Origin: Verrucomicrobiota bacterium
GTDB taxonomy: Bacteria > Verrucomicrobiota > Verrucomicrobiia > Verrucomicrobiales > DEV007
Assembly (NCBI GenBank): GCA_045046875.1
Contig: JASFYY010000089.1
Location: 1 to 64,000, forward strand
Direction: 5' to 3'
Length of the DNA stretch: 64,000 nucleotides
Shown: positions 1 through 9,895 of the stretch, one piece after another
How positions within the stretch are numbered: the stretch's first letter is position 1
How the letters are laid out: each line of letters begins with the position of its first letter
The notes under the pieces: generated by a model
What the model saw: the letters and a program-made list of their open reading frames with translations, nothing else
Told to the model about the DNA's origin: nothing
Databases searched by the model: none
Program-made: the position numbers and the translations under genes

Positions 1-12
1 TCGGCTACTCGG

Positions 13-1398
13 CTACGACGTGAGCAATTCTTTGATTGGTTTGCCAAAAGGCAGCACGGGAATCGGACGATTGAGTTCGTCACGCAATACGAGATTGTGA
101 TCGACTCCCAAATGCATCAGCATATTGACCCACAGATCATTGGGGGTCATTGCCCGGTCGATGGGGTATTCTCCCTTGGAGTTGGTAGCGCCGATGACTT
201 GTCCGCCACGGGTGCCGCCGCCGGAGACCAGCACCGACATCGCTTTGGCCCAGTGATCACGTCCGGGTTGCAACACACCGGTCTTGGTTCCCGATTGGTT
301 ATTGATCCGTGGGGTGTGTCCGAACTCTCCGGTTACCACAATCATCGTATTGTCAGCCATGCCGCGTTGATGGACGTCTTCGATCAGAGCACTGAGAGCC
401 TGATCGTAAGGGCCTAGGCGCCATTCGAGATCTTTGTGCAAATTGCAATTGACCGCATGGCAGTCCCAGTTGCCCGCGCAGGTTTTGGGAGGGCTGGCCG
501 GAGCGCTCCAGTTGACGTTGACAAAACGTGCGCCGTTTTCAACCAGGCGACGAGCGAGCAGGCCTTTTTGGCCGAAGTCGTTCATGCCGTAACGTTCACG
601 CACGCTTTTTGCTTCTTTGCTCAGGTCAAAGGCGTCTTTGACTTTTTCACTGGTCAACATGGCCAGCGCCTGGTCATTGAATTTATGGATCGCTTCGGCG
701 GTGCCTTTGCCGTCGTTACTTTTTTGTCCTTTGTCAAAACCTTCAAGCAACATCATGCGATCAACCAGACGGTTGGCCATTTTGTCATCGACTCCGATGT
801 TGCTGACTTTAAAACCGGGGGTGCTCGGATTTCCAGGCACCAGGAAAGGGGCGTGGGCTTGTCCCAACCAGGCGGGGCCCATGGTGCCGACGGAACCGTA
901 ACCGAGTCCGATGACGGAGGGCATGCCGTAGTCGGATAGTGGCCCGAGTTGTTGTTTGATGACCGCCGAAATAGCGGGGGAATCATTGATCGTGCCATTC
1001 GGGATCTTGGGTTGGCGTGCCATCATGAAGCGTTTGCTGCCACCACCGTGGTCCGTGAACTCATGATGCATCGAGCGGATGATGGAAAATTTGTCGGCGA
1101 TTTTGGCGTGACGCGGTAACAATTCGCTGACTTGAATGTCCGGGGCATTGGTTTTGATCGGGGAGTAGATACCTCGGTATTCGATCGGCGCATCTGGTTT
1201 CATGTCATACATGTCCATGTGCGGCAGACCGCCGGGCAACCAGATAAAAATGATGTTGGTGTCTTTTTTCGGTGTGACAATGGGACTGGCAGCGCGAAGC
1301 GGCATGGCCAGAGCAGGTGCGGCCATCATGCCTAGGCGTAACAGCTCCCGGCGATTCATGTGCGCAGCGTTTTTTCGGGTCGTTTTTTTCATCATCAC
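13..1398 (-). CDS. DUF1501 domain-containing protein (Tat-exported)
   Basis: Twin-arginine-like leader (MNRRELL). DUF1501 motifs IFIWLPGGLPHMDMYDMKP, LLARRLVENGARFV, WDCH, GEFGHTP, GRDHW. Start may be one of the ATGs at 1395 or 1392. Confidence 0.9.
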   Translation of the reverse strand: MMMKKTTRKNAAHMNRRELLRLGMMAAPALAMPLRAASPIVTPKKDTNIIFIWLPGGLPHMDMYDMKPDAPIEYRGIYSPIKTNAPDIQVSELLPRHAKIADKFSIIRSMHHEFTDHGGGSKRFMMARQPKIPNGTINDSPAISAVIKQQLGPLSDYGMPSVIGLGYGSVGTMGPAWLGQAHAPFLVPGNPSTPGFKVSNIGVDDKMANRLVDRMMLLEGFDKGQKSNDGKGTAEAIHKFNDQALAMLTSEKVKDAFDLSKEAKSVRERYGMNDFGQKGLLARRLVENGARFVNVNWSAPASPPKTCAGNWDCHAVNCNLHKDLEWRLGPYDQALSALIEDVHQRGMADNTMIVVTGEFGHTPRINNQSGTKTGVLQPGRDHWAKAMSVLVSGGGTRGGQVIGATNSKGEYPIDRAMTPNDLWVNMLMHLGVDHNLVLRDELNRPIPVLPFGKPIKELLTS

Positions 1399-1609
1399 GT
1401 GGTTTCAGGCAAAAATTCGGGGGGCAGGTCAGGTGGGGGGCAGGCAGGGACAAAAGTTCCGCATTTGGCAGAGTTTCCCAGAGTTCCCTATTGGGACAAG
1501 GTAAAGCGTGTCTTGTTCAAAGGATTTTGAAGAAAATTGGAGCTTTTATGGGGTGGGGAAGGGCACAATGATTATTTGGCCGGATGGGGGATTGGGATTA
1601 TAAGTGCCC

Positions 1610-2848
1610 ATGTCTTTTTCTTCATTTGGCCTGTGCGATCCATTACAGCAGGCGGTCAGTCATTTTGATCAATGCACAGAGGTTCAGCAGGCGGCGATTC
1701 CGCTGGTGCTGGCGGGTGGTGACGTGTTGGTGACGGCACCGACAGGGTCGGGCAAAACCACCGCTTTTGTATTGCCTCTGCTTGAACGTTGGTTGGCGGC
1801 TTCGCGGCAGCAAAGGCGACCGCTGCATACGCTGATTTTGGTGCCGACCCGGGAGTTGGCGGCGCAGGTCAGGGAGGTGGTTCAACAACTCGCCAGGCAT
1901 CTGCCGGAGAAGCTCAAAGTGGTCAGTGCGGTGGGCGGGGTTTCGATCAATCCGCAAATGATGGCCTTACGCGGCGGAGCGGACATCGTCGTTGCCACTC
2001 CGGGACGTTTGTTGGATCTGGTTGATCACAATGCGGTGCAACTTTCCGCGCTGAGTGCCTTGGTTCTGGATGAGGCGGACCGTTTGCTCGATTTGGGTTT
2101 TTCCGATGAACTGAAACGGATTTTGACTTTATTGCCGAAACAACGGCAGACTTTGATGTTCTCGGCGACCTTTCCGGCAGCGGTGGAAAACATGGCGCTG
2201 GATTTGTTACGCGATCCGGCACGGGTTGAAATGAATGATGAAGTAGCGGATGCGCCGGACATCAAACAACGCGCGATTCGAGTGGATACTGCCAAGCGGG
2301 CCCCTTTGTTACGTCATTTGATCACGACGCAAAAGTGGCAGCAGGTCCTGGTTTTTGTCGCCAAGCAATACGGCGCGGATCATGTCGCGGACAAACTCCG
2401 CCGCAATGGCATCAAGGCGCTTTCTTTTCATGGAGGTCTCAGTCAAGGGGCACGCAGTGATGCGCTGATGGATTTTAAAGATCGTGAGGTGCAAGTGCTG
2501 GTTGCTACGGATCTTGCTGCCCGTGGCCTGGATGTGGTAAGCTTGCCGGTGGTGATCAATTATGATCTGCCTCGTTCGCCTGTTGATTATACTCACCGCA
2601 TCGGTCGCACCGGGCGTGCGGGGGAAAGCGGATTGGCGATTAGTTTTGTCACCGCTGATTCCAACGCTCAGTTTTGTCTGATCGAAAAACGCCAGGGCTT
2701 GAATGTGGCGCGCGAAGAGTTACCAGGTTTTGAGCCGAGTGAATCCGCACCCGCTGCATCGGTAAGTAAAGGGGCAGGCGGAATCAAAGGGCGGCGCAAG
2801 AGTAAAAAGGACAAACTGCGTGAAGCCGCGGCGAGAGAGCAGGGTTGA
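1610..2848 (+). CDS. DEAD-box ATP-dependent RNA helicase (RhlE-like)
   Basis: Q motif, APTGSGKT, PTRELA, TPGRL, DEAD, SAT, ARGLD and HRIGRTGRAG, plus a basic C-terminal tail. Confidence 0.95.
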   Translation: MSFSSFGLCDPLQQAVSHFDQCTEVQQAAIPLVLAGGDVLVTAPTGSGKTTAFVLPLLERWLAASRQQRRPLHTLILVPTRELAAQVREVVQQLARHLPEKLKVVSAVGGVSINPQMMALRGGADIVVATPGRLLDLVDHNAVQLSALSALVLDEADRLLDLGFSDELKRILTLLPKQRQTLMFSATFPAAVENMALDLLRDPARVEMNDEVADAPDIKQRAIRVDTAKRAPLLRHLITTQKWQQVLVFVAKQYGADHVADKLRRNGIKALSFHGGLSQGARSDALMDFKDREVQVLVATDLAARGLDVVSLPVVINYDLPRSPVDYTHRIGRTGRAGESGLAISFVTADSNAQFCLIEKRQGLNVAREELPGFEPSESAPAASVSKGAGGIKGRRKSKKDKLREAAAREQG

Positions 2849-2907
2849 GTCGGCTCATGGAAGCGTTTTTCCTTGCGTCTTATTTTTATTGAATCAGCTT
2901 TCCTACT

Positions 2908-4278
2908 ATGAAACGACTCAGTTGGCTCGCGCCCATCACGGCAATATTTATCCTTACGGCCAGCCTGCACCCTGCCTTGGGCAAACCCAATGTTATCATT
3001 ATTTACACCGATGACCAGGGCAGCGTGGATGCCAATTGTTATGGTGCGACCGATTTGATCACCCCTAATATAGATCGCCTGGCCGCAACGGGGGTGCGCT
3101 TCACTCAGATGCTGGCTCCTTCAGCGATTTGTTCTTCTTCTCGAGCGGGCCTGATGACCGGCCGGTTCCCAGCAAGAGCAGGAGTGTCCGGAAATGTTTC
3201 ATCGGCTCATGGGCAGGCGGGCATGCCGTCAGAGGAAATCACGATTGCCGAGATGCTGAAGTCGAACGGTTATTCGACAGGGCACGTTGGCAAATGGCAT
3301 CTGGGTTATACTCCGGAGACGATGCCGAACGCGCAAGGGTTCCAGAGCAGCTTTGGTCACATGGGCGGCTGCATCGATAACTACTCACATTTTTTTTACT
3401 GGAACGGTCCTAACCGGCATGATTTGTGGCGGGACGGAAAAGAAGTCTGGCACGATGGAGAATACTTTGGAGACCTGATGGTGAACGAAGTGAAAAACTT
3501 CATCGATAAAAACAAGCAGCAGCCCTTTTTCCTTTATTGGGCGATCAACTGGCCGCACTACCCATTGCAAGGCACCGCCAAGTGGCGCAAAAAATACGCG
3601 GACTTGCCTCACCCGCGTGACAAATATGCCACTTTTGTTTCCTCCTGTGATGAAATGATCGGACAACTTCTTGATCATCTTGAAAAACAAGGCCTGCGTG
3701 ACAATACTCTGATCATCTTCCAATCCGATCACGGGCATTCGGTAGAAGAGCGCACCTTTGGCGGAGGTGGAAGTGCCGGACCTTATCGCGGACACAAAGC
3801 GAGCCTGTTTGAAGGCGGGCTGCGAGTGCCTTCGGTGGTATCGCTGCCCGGTACCCTGCCCGAGGGTGAAGTGCGTGATCAACTGGTCACCGGTTGTGAC
3901 TGGTTTCCGACCATTGCAGCGATCACCGGATCGCAAACAAAACCCAATCGCCAGCTTGATGGCAAGTCTATAATAACGGTGATAGAGAGCTCTCAAGCAC
4001 CCTCACCGCATAAACGTTTTTATTGGCAGCTCGGAGATAATCCAGCAAAAGCGCAGTGGGTAGTTCGCGAGGGAGACTGGAAACTTTACGCCAATGTGCG
4101 GGAGACGGTCAGACCGGAAGGAACACCGGAACTAAGCGCGGATGACAAAAAATTGTTCCTCGCTAATTTAAAAAAAGACATTGGCGAAACGACCAACTTG
4201 ATCAGCAAGCGTCCGGATGTGGTTGAGCGCTTGAAAAAATACGCAAGAGAATACCAGAGCAGTATCGGAAGCAAATAA
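2908..4278 (+). CDS. Formylglycine-dependent (S1) sulfatase, secreted
   Basis: Signal peptide; PNVIIIYTDD; CSSSRAGLMTG (CxxxR); GKWHLG; SDHG. Confidence 0.93.
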   Translation: MKRLSWLAPITAIFILTASLHPALGKPNVIIIYTDDQGSVDANCYGATDLITPNIDRLAATGVRFTQMLAPSAICSSSRAGLMTGRFPARAGVSGNVSSAHGQAGMPSEEITIAEMLKSNGYSTGHVGKWHLGYTPETMPNAQGFQSSFGHMGGCIDNYSHFFYWNGPNRHDLWRDGKEVWHDGEYFGDLMVNEVKNFIDKNKQQPFFLYWAINWPHYPLQGTAKWRKKYADLPHPRDKYATFVSSCDEMIGQLLDHLEKQGLRDNTLIIFQSDHGHSVEERTFGGGGSAGPYRGHKASLFEGGLRVPSVVSLPGTLPEGEVRDQLVTGCDWFPTIAAITGSQTKPNRQLDGKSIITVIESSQAPSPHKRFYWQLGDNPAKAQWVVREGDWKLYANVRETVRPEGTPELSADDKKLFLANLKKDIGETTNLISKRPDVVERLKKYAREYQSSIGSK

Positions 4279-4359
4279 CCAGCCCAGACAATAACCACGA
4301 AAAGTAATAAAGGCACGAAGGAAGAGAGCCGGCAACCACCAGAGTCAATAAACGCTAAT

Positions 4360-4905
4360 ATGAAAGGAATTGCTTACACTGATGCTGAATTGCTGGCGTT
4401 TTTGCCTGAAGATTTATCTGAATACGACAAGATGTACTGGTTGATTGGAGATAGGGCCTATTGGTGTGTGTGGCAACGCAAAGCCACTGAGAAAGATCAC
4501 GACGCAATGAATGAAATTCGTGAAGAAAGTTTGGTTGAAACGAATGCTTTTGGTAATTCAGGAATTACGTTGTTAGACAAAGGGAAATTTTCAAAGGCGG
4601 CACCTTATATCCACTTGGATGAGTGGACAGAATTTGTCGGCTTTGAAGCCAATAATAATGATCTAGAAAATATTATCACAGATCCTGATCTAACAGATTT
4701 CCTTGGACCAAAGTTTTTTAAAAGCCTTTCGAAACATAGTGCTACCAGTATAACGTACATAGATACTTGGTGGGAATGCTTCCCTGCCGACAGCAACTTA
4801 TTGGTCGATATCGGTGAAGGGTTAAAACATGCAGAAACCAATTCTGAAAAATGGATCGAGTATTCTAAAAATTATTGCGCGCCAATTCATCCTCAATTTG
4901 TATAG
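4360..4905 (+). CDS. Hypothetical protein (AT-rich orphan)
   Basis: 181-aa acidic ORF filling the gap between two sulfatases. Visibly AT-richer than its neighbours; no recognised motif. Confidence 0.7.
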   Translation: MKGIAYTDAELLAFLPEDLSEYDKMYWLIGDRAYWCVWQRKATEKDHDAMNEIREESLVETNAFGNSGITLLDKGKFSKAAPYIHLDEWTEFVGFEANNNDLENIITDPDLTDFLGPKFFKSLSKHSATSITYIDTWWECFPADSNLLVDIGEGLKHAETNSEKWIEYSKNYCAPIHPQFV

Positions 4906-5039
4906 ATCCTTTTTCCCCCTTCCTCCCCATTCGTGTTTATTGACTCCGTATGTCTCCGCTTCGCTCCGGCTCATGTCGATCAGTGGTTCAAATTCCTTTC
5001 ATTACACTCGCACGCGCATTTGTTTACTAGCCCACCATT

Positions 5040-6596
5040 ATGAAAAAAATCACGATCACTCTATTGTTTGTTCTTTTCCTTTGCGGACTTTCCCAAACTA
5101 GCCTCAATGCCGCTGAGCCTACCCAGACCGCTCGTCCTAATATCCTTTTCATTATGACAGACCAGCAGCGCTGGGATTGTCTGGGCGCAAACGGCAATAA
5201 AATCATCAAGACCCCGAATCTGGATCGGCTGGCTACTCAATCAGCCAATTTTACTCACGCCTTTGTCCAGTCCCCGGTCTGCGTGCCTTCGCGAATCAGT
5301 TTTTTTACCGGACGTTATCCACACTCGCACAAAAACCGGGTGAACTACACGCCGCTGGCTAAAAGCGAAGTGCTGATGCAGGCACGGCTCAAGCAGGCAG
5401 GATACACCACCGCTTCGATTGGTAAGCTGCACCTTTTTCCTCCTACCGTAGAAGAGGCTAAAAACAGCGGCTTTGATGTGGTCGAACTCCACGATGCGGT
5501 TCCTTATCTTGATCAATTTTCCGATTACGTAAAATGGCGCAACAAACATGACCCGAACAAAAAGCGGCCTTACCGCGCTTATGTCAAAAATGCCAAAGCA
5601 GGGGAGAACCCTTTTCGTTCGATCATCGAAGAAAGCTACACCGATACCGCTTGGGTTGGGCAACGCACCCGACATCATCTCAAACAACTGACTGAAGCGG
5701 GCAAGCCGTTTTTCCTCTACAGCTCCTTCTGGAAACCTCACTCCCCTTATGAGGTTCCGGCACCCTACGACCGGATGTATAATGACGTCGAAATCCCGCT
5801 GCCCAAGTTGACCACGATGGAGGATATCAAACGCTTGCCGCTGCCGCTGCAGAAGCTCATCCTGCGTGGCAAAAAACCGCAGCACGACATGGATCGCAAA
5901 AAACTGCAATGGATCTACCGCAGTTATTACGCCGCCATCAGTCAGATTGACAAGGAAATTGGATTGATCTTAAAAACACTGGAGGAATCGGGACAAGCGG
6001 ATAATACCATTATTGCTTTCAGTTCGGATCATGGTGATCAGTTGCTCAAACATGGAATGATGGGAAAGAATGCATTCTTCGAGGAATCGGTGAGGGTGCC
6101 TTTCATTATAGGATACCCCGGTCACGTTCGACCAGGGCAATACAAGGAACTGGTGGAGACCATTGATTTGTTGCCGACTTTATTCGAGTTGGTGGGATTA
6201 CCTGAACCGAAAGAAAGTCAGGGGCGCAGTCTGGCACCGCTCATCGCCGATATGGGGCGGGACTATGTACCGAGGGATGCGGTTTTCAGTGAAAATATTA
6301 TTCCTGAAGTGATCACCCGGGGGCTCGATTATTATTTTGAAAAAGGCAAAGGCATCAAAGGCATTCGTTACCCCGATGCCAAAATGGTTCGGACCCAACG
6401 CTGGAAATACAATTATTATCCGGACGGATACGCGGAGTTGTATGATCTGGGAAAAGACCCGGACGAATACAGTAATCTGGTCGGACAAGCAGAATACGCA
6501 GAGATCGAACGGGAAATGAAGGATCATTTGCTTCATTGGATAGTGACCGCCGATGCTCCCGATCAGATCGCGCCCAAGTGGTTGATTTCAAAATGA
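5040..6596 (+). CDS. S1 sulfatase (choline-sulfatase/phosphonate-monoester-hydrolase-like), secreted
   Basis: Signal peptide; PNILFIMTDQQR; CVPSRISFFTG; GKLH; SDHGD. Confidence 0.92.
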   Translation: MKKITITLLFVLFLCGLSQTSLNAAEPTQTARPNILFIMTDQQRWDCLGANGNKIIKTPNLDRLATQSANFTHAFVQSPVCVPSRISFFTGRYPHSHKNRVNYTPLAKSEVLMQARLKQAGYTTASIGKLHLFPPTVEEAKNSGFDVVELHDAVPYLDQFSDYVKWRNKHDPNKKRPYRAYVKNAKAGENPFRSIIEESYTDTAWVGQRTRHHLKQLTEAGKPFFLYSSFWKPHSPYEVPAPYDRMYNDVEIPLPKLTTMEDIKRLPLPLQKLILRGKKPQHDMDRKKLQWIYRSYYAAISQIDKEIGLILKTLEESGQADNTIIAFSSDHGDQLLKHGMMGKNAFFEESVRVPFIIGYPGHVRPGQYKELVETIDLLPTLFELVGLPEPKESQGRSLAPLIADMGRDYVPRDAVFSENIIPEVITRGLDYYFEKGKGIKGIRYPDAKMVRTQRWKYNYYPDGYAELYDLGKDPDEYSNLVGQAEYAEIEREMKDHLLHWIVTADAPDQIAPKWLISK

Positions 6597-6653
6597 TCAG
6601 GTCACATATGCGTCAGTTGACAAATGGGCCGGCTCTCCCACCTTTCGATTGTC

Positions 6654-7967
6654 ATGAAAGCTTTTTTTACCTGCCTCTCGTTCTTTGTATTGATCATACC
6701 GCAAAGCGGCAATACCGCACCACCCAATATCGTCGTTCTCTTTGCCGATGACATGGGCTATGGCGATCTTTCCAGTTACGGCCATCCGCGCATTCGAACC
6801 CCCAATCTGGATCAGCTTGCAGCGGATGGCATACGGCTGACGTCATTCGTCACGGGTTCATGGTGCGTGCCATCACGAACCCAGCTCATCACTGGTCGCT
6901 ACATGCCGCGAATCAAATTTAATGGTGGAACCGGAGCAGGTGGCAAAGGCGGGCTTCCCGATTCTGAGCTGACATTGCCGGAGGCACTAAAGGGTGCTGG
7001 TTATCGGACCCACATGGTAGGCAAGTGGCATCTCGGTTATAAGGAAAAACGATTTCTGCCGGTCAATCAGGGTTTCGATACCTGGTTCGGCCTGCCTTAT
7101 TCCAATGATTACATCAAGCCGTGGGTGCAAACTGACGAACCTCTCGGACTTTTTCGCGGAGACAAAATCGTCGAGCATCCCTTTGATCAGGATAAACTGA
7201 CCACTCGATACACCACCGAAGCCGTCAAGCTGATCGATGAAGCAGAAGATCAACCCTTTTTTCTCTATCTGGCCTACGCCATGCCGCATTTACCTATTCA
7301 CGTTTCGGATGAACGGCGAGGGAAATCCCAGGCCGGTCTTTACGGTGATGTGATCCAAGAAGTTGACTGGAGTGTCGGACAGGTGCTGACCGCTTTGACA
7401 AAGAAAGGCGTCGCCGATAATACGCTGGTATTTTTTGCCTCCGACAACGGTCCCTGGATCGAAATGCCAGCACGCATGAGGCAAGCCGGTAACGAACTTT
7501 GGCACGCCGGATCCACCGGAGGGATGCGGGGCTCAAAAGGTCAGACTTACGAAGGCGGGCCGCGGGTGCCTGCTATCATGCGCTGGCCTGGCAAAATTGA
7601 AGCAGGACAAGTTTCAGCCGAGTTGGTAGGCATGCCGGACATTTATCGAACCCTCATCAGTGTCGCGGGAGGCAAATTGCCGGAACACAAAATTGACGGT
7701 CACGACCTGACGACTTTTCTCACCGGAAAATCAAAAACAGCCCCAAGAAAAGAATATTTTTATTTCCGGCGAGGGCTCGAAGCTTTGCGTTCCGGGACGT
7801 GGAAACTACGTTTGACCACTGGCAAGCCTGAGCTTTTTGACATGGTCACCGACCCTTTCGAACGTTTTAATCGCGCTGAAAGCGAAACGGCAAAGGTGGC
7901 CGAATTGCAAACGCGGATGCAGGAAATGGCGAAGGAAGTTGGAGTGAAAGTTTCCGGTATCAAGTAA
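6654..7967 (+). CDS. Arylsulfatase A-like S1 sulfatase, secreted
   Basis: PNIVVLFADDMGYGD; CVPSRTQLITGR; GKWHLG; GLPYSND; SDNGP; YEGGPRVP. Start placed at the MKAFF signal peptide. Confidence 0.93.
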   Translation: MKAFFTCLSFFVLIIPQSGNTAPPNIVVLFADDMGYGDLSSYGHPRIRTPNLDQLAADGIRLTSFVTGSWCVPSRTQLITGRYMPRIKFNGGTGAGGKGGLPDSELTLPEALKGAGYRTHMVGKWHLGYKEKRFLPVNQGFDTWFGLPYSNDYIKPWVQTDEPLGLFRGDKIVEHPFDQDKLTTRYTTEAVKLIDEAEDQPFFLYLAYAMPHLPIHVSDERRGKSQAGLYGDVIQEVDWSVGQVLTALTKKGVADNTLVFFASDNGPWIEMPARMRQAGNELWHAGSTGGMRGSKGQTYEGGPRVPAIMRWPGKIEAGQVSAELVGMPDIYRTLISVAGGKLPEHKIDGHDLTTFLTGKSKTAPRKEYFYFRRGLEALRSGTWKLRLTTGKPELFDMVTDPFERFNRAESETAKVAELQTRMQEMAKEVGVKVSGIK

Positions 7968-7992
7968 TAAAGGGTTACAAATCTGTGTACAT

Positions 7993-9807
7993 TCAATTCT
8001 TTGAAGGAATCACCGGCAGGACAATGTGCGATGGATGCTCCGCATCGTGATAGATGATCTGCTTTGCCACCCTGAACTTTTTCACCAGCCCCATGTTATC
8101 TTCCGCACTATTGGGATTCCTTAGATAAAAAGGATAATAACTACTGGAAATCTCAATGCGAATGCGATGCCCTTTGGCAAAAACGTTTCCCGTTGGGCGC
8201 CAGAATTCGATGGTGTATTGATAAACTTTGCCAGGTTTGATTTCACTGAGCTTGCGGGGATTAAAAGCCCCTTCTTTTTCGGGATCACGGTATCTGGCTC
8301 GCATAATCCCTTCTCCCAGAAACAAAGCTTTGCCATCCGGTTGCACATCAGACAGGCGCACCATCCAATCGGTATCGTGCGCACTCGTGGAAGCATAGAT
8401 TCTGGCAGTGATCGGTCCAATGAGCTCCATTGGTTGCTTCAATTCGGGAGTATCATAGATCAACACATCATTGCGTTTAGCGGACTTGCTGATGTCACGT
8501 GGCCCGTCAATGTGACCGTTGGTAAACCCAGCAGAAGGCGTCGGATCTTCGGGGTCGTAAGTATAATGATCCGGTGACAAATCACCTGGTGTCTCGCGGC
8601 TGAGCAATCCGTCACCCGAAGACGAATTCGCCTTCCCCTCGCTATGCAGATAAAATTTGGTGAACTTGGTTTCCGGCAAAGGCCAGTCTGTTGTCGTCCG
8701 CCACTGGTTACGCCCCATGACAAAAATGTGAATCGGGGGCTCATTCATGATGCCGTTATCGACTCCCTTGAGATGATAATCAAACCAGCGAAGGATATAA
8801 CCATCCCAGTCGATGATCGCCTGCGGTCCGAAATCGACTCCCGCCGCTTTTTGGCTGCGATTGATGATGTGCTGCCAGGGGCCAATCACCATTCTCGGTT
8901 GGCGTGCGAGCTCGGTGGCGCCGTATTTTTTCATCGCCAGATAATTCATCGGCGTACCGGGGAAGTCCGCATCGAACCAACCGGTGATCGCCAGTGAAGG
9001 CACCTGCACTTTTGCGTAAGTCTCGGGAGTCTGGTAGGCGATCCCTTTCCAATACTCGCCTTCGGAAGTGTTTTGTTTCACCCATTTTTTCCACCAGGTT
9101 GTCGGCAGGTAATTGCGGGTTTTGTCGAAGTCGATGTAGGGAAGTTTATAAGCCTCCTCGCGATTGACGGCAAACCCGCCGTAACCACCCGGACCTGCTC
9201 GGTGCGGTGTGCGACCGGACAAAGTCCCGGCCCAATCCACCATCCAACAAACAAAAATACCGTTCTGGTAAGGGCAATTGTAAAAGTGATCGGGTGGAGC
9301 GACTTCAGGAACAATAGCTTTTAAAGACGGCGGGGCTTGGGTGGCCGTCCACCACTGTGTCCATCCCATGTAAGACAATCCGTAGGCTCCGACCTTGCCA
9401 CTGCACCACTCCTGTTTGGCAATCCATTCCACCAAATCGTAACCATCGGTTTTGTGCTTGGGAGAAAAAGGATCCCATTCGCCTCCCGATTCAAAACGCC
9501 CACGGGAATCTGTGTTGACCACCACATAACCTAGTGCCGCAAATTTTTTCGCCCGTTTACCCTGTCCCGTTTTCCCATAGGGTGTTTGTAACAATATAGC
9601 TGGAAATTTCTGATCCGACTTGGGGCGAAAAATATCGCCCCTCAACTCCACCCCGTCACGCATGGGGAATTTCTCATCTTTAAATTCAAGGACTTCATAC
9701 TTCTCTCGATTGTATTTGCCTGCATCCGGAGCTTGGGCCAATAACAAGTCGCTTGAGCAATACACGAACAAAACACTTGTCAGAAATATTTTTCGCGCTA
9801 TTTGCAT
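7993..9807 (-). CDS. CocE/NonD family hydrolase (peptidase S15-like)
   Basis: MRDGVELRGDIFRP, TPYGK, DSRGRFESGG, nucleophile motif GLSYMG, GWFD, GPWQH and a PepX_C-like C-terminal domain; signal peptide. Confidence 0.92.
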   Translation of the reverse strand: MQIARKIFLTSVLFVYCSSDLLLAQAPDAGKYNREKYEVLEFKDEKFPMRDGVELRGDIFRPKSDQKFPAILLQTPYGKTGQGKRAKKFAALGYVVVNTDSRGRFESGGEWDPFSPKHKTDGYDLVEWIAKQEWCSGKVGAYGLSYMGWTQWWTATQAPPSLKAIVPEVAPPDHFYNCPYQNGIFVCWMVDWAGTLSGRTPHRAGPGGYGGFAVNREEAYKLPYIDFDKTRNYLPTTWWKKWVKQNTSEGEYWKGIAYQTPETYAKVQVPSLAITGWFDADFPGTPMNYLAMKKYGATELARQPRMVIGPWQHIINRSQKAAGVDFGPQAIIDWDGYILRWFDYHLKGVDNGIMNEPPIHIFVMGRNQWRTTTDWPLPETKFTKFYLHSEGKANSSSGDGLLSRETPGDLSPDHYTYDPEDPTPSAGFTNGHIDGPRDISKSAKRNDVLIYDTPELKQPMELIGPITARIYASTSAHDTDWMVRLSDVQPDGKALFLGEGIMRARYRDPEKEGAFNPRKLSEIKPGKVYQYTIEFWRPTGNVFAKGHRIRIEISSSYYPFYLRNPNSAEDNMGLVKKFRVAKQIIYHDAEHPSHIVLPVIPSKN

Positions 9808-9895
9808 AATTACCTTTCTTTTTTTCCACGCACCTCATTCCGGAGATATGAGGACGATAAATAGAGTTAGATAAAATAGTTGTGATCTATTCATA

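Noticed and set aside
9833..9853. CCTCAT...ATGAGG hairpin as a terminator between the propeller and CocE genes
   Set aside because: No U-tract in the direction of transcription and a weak stem.
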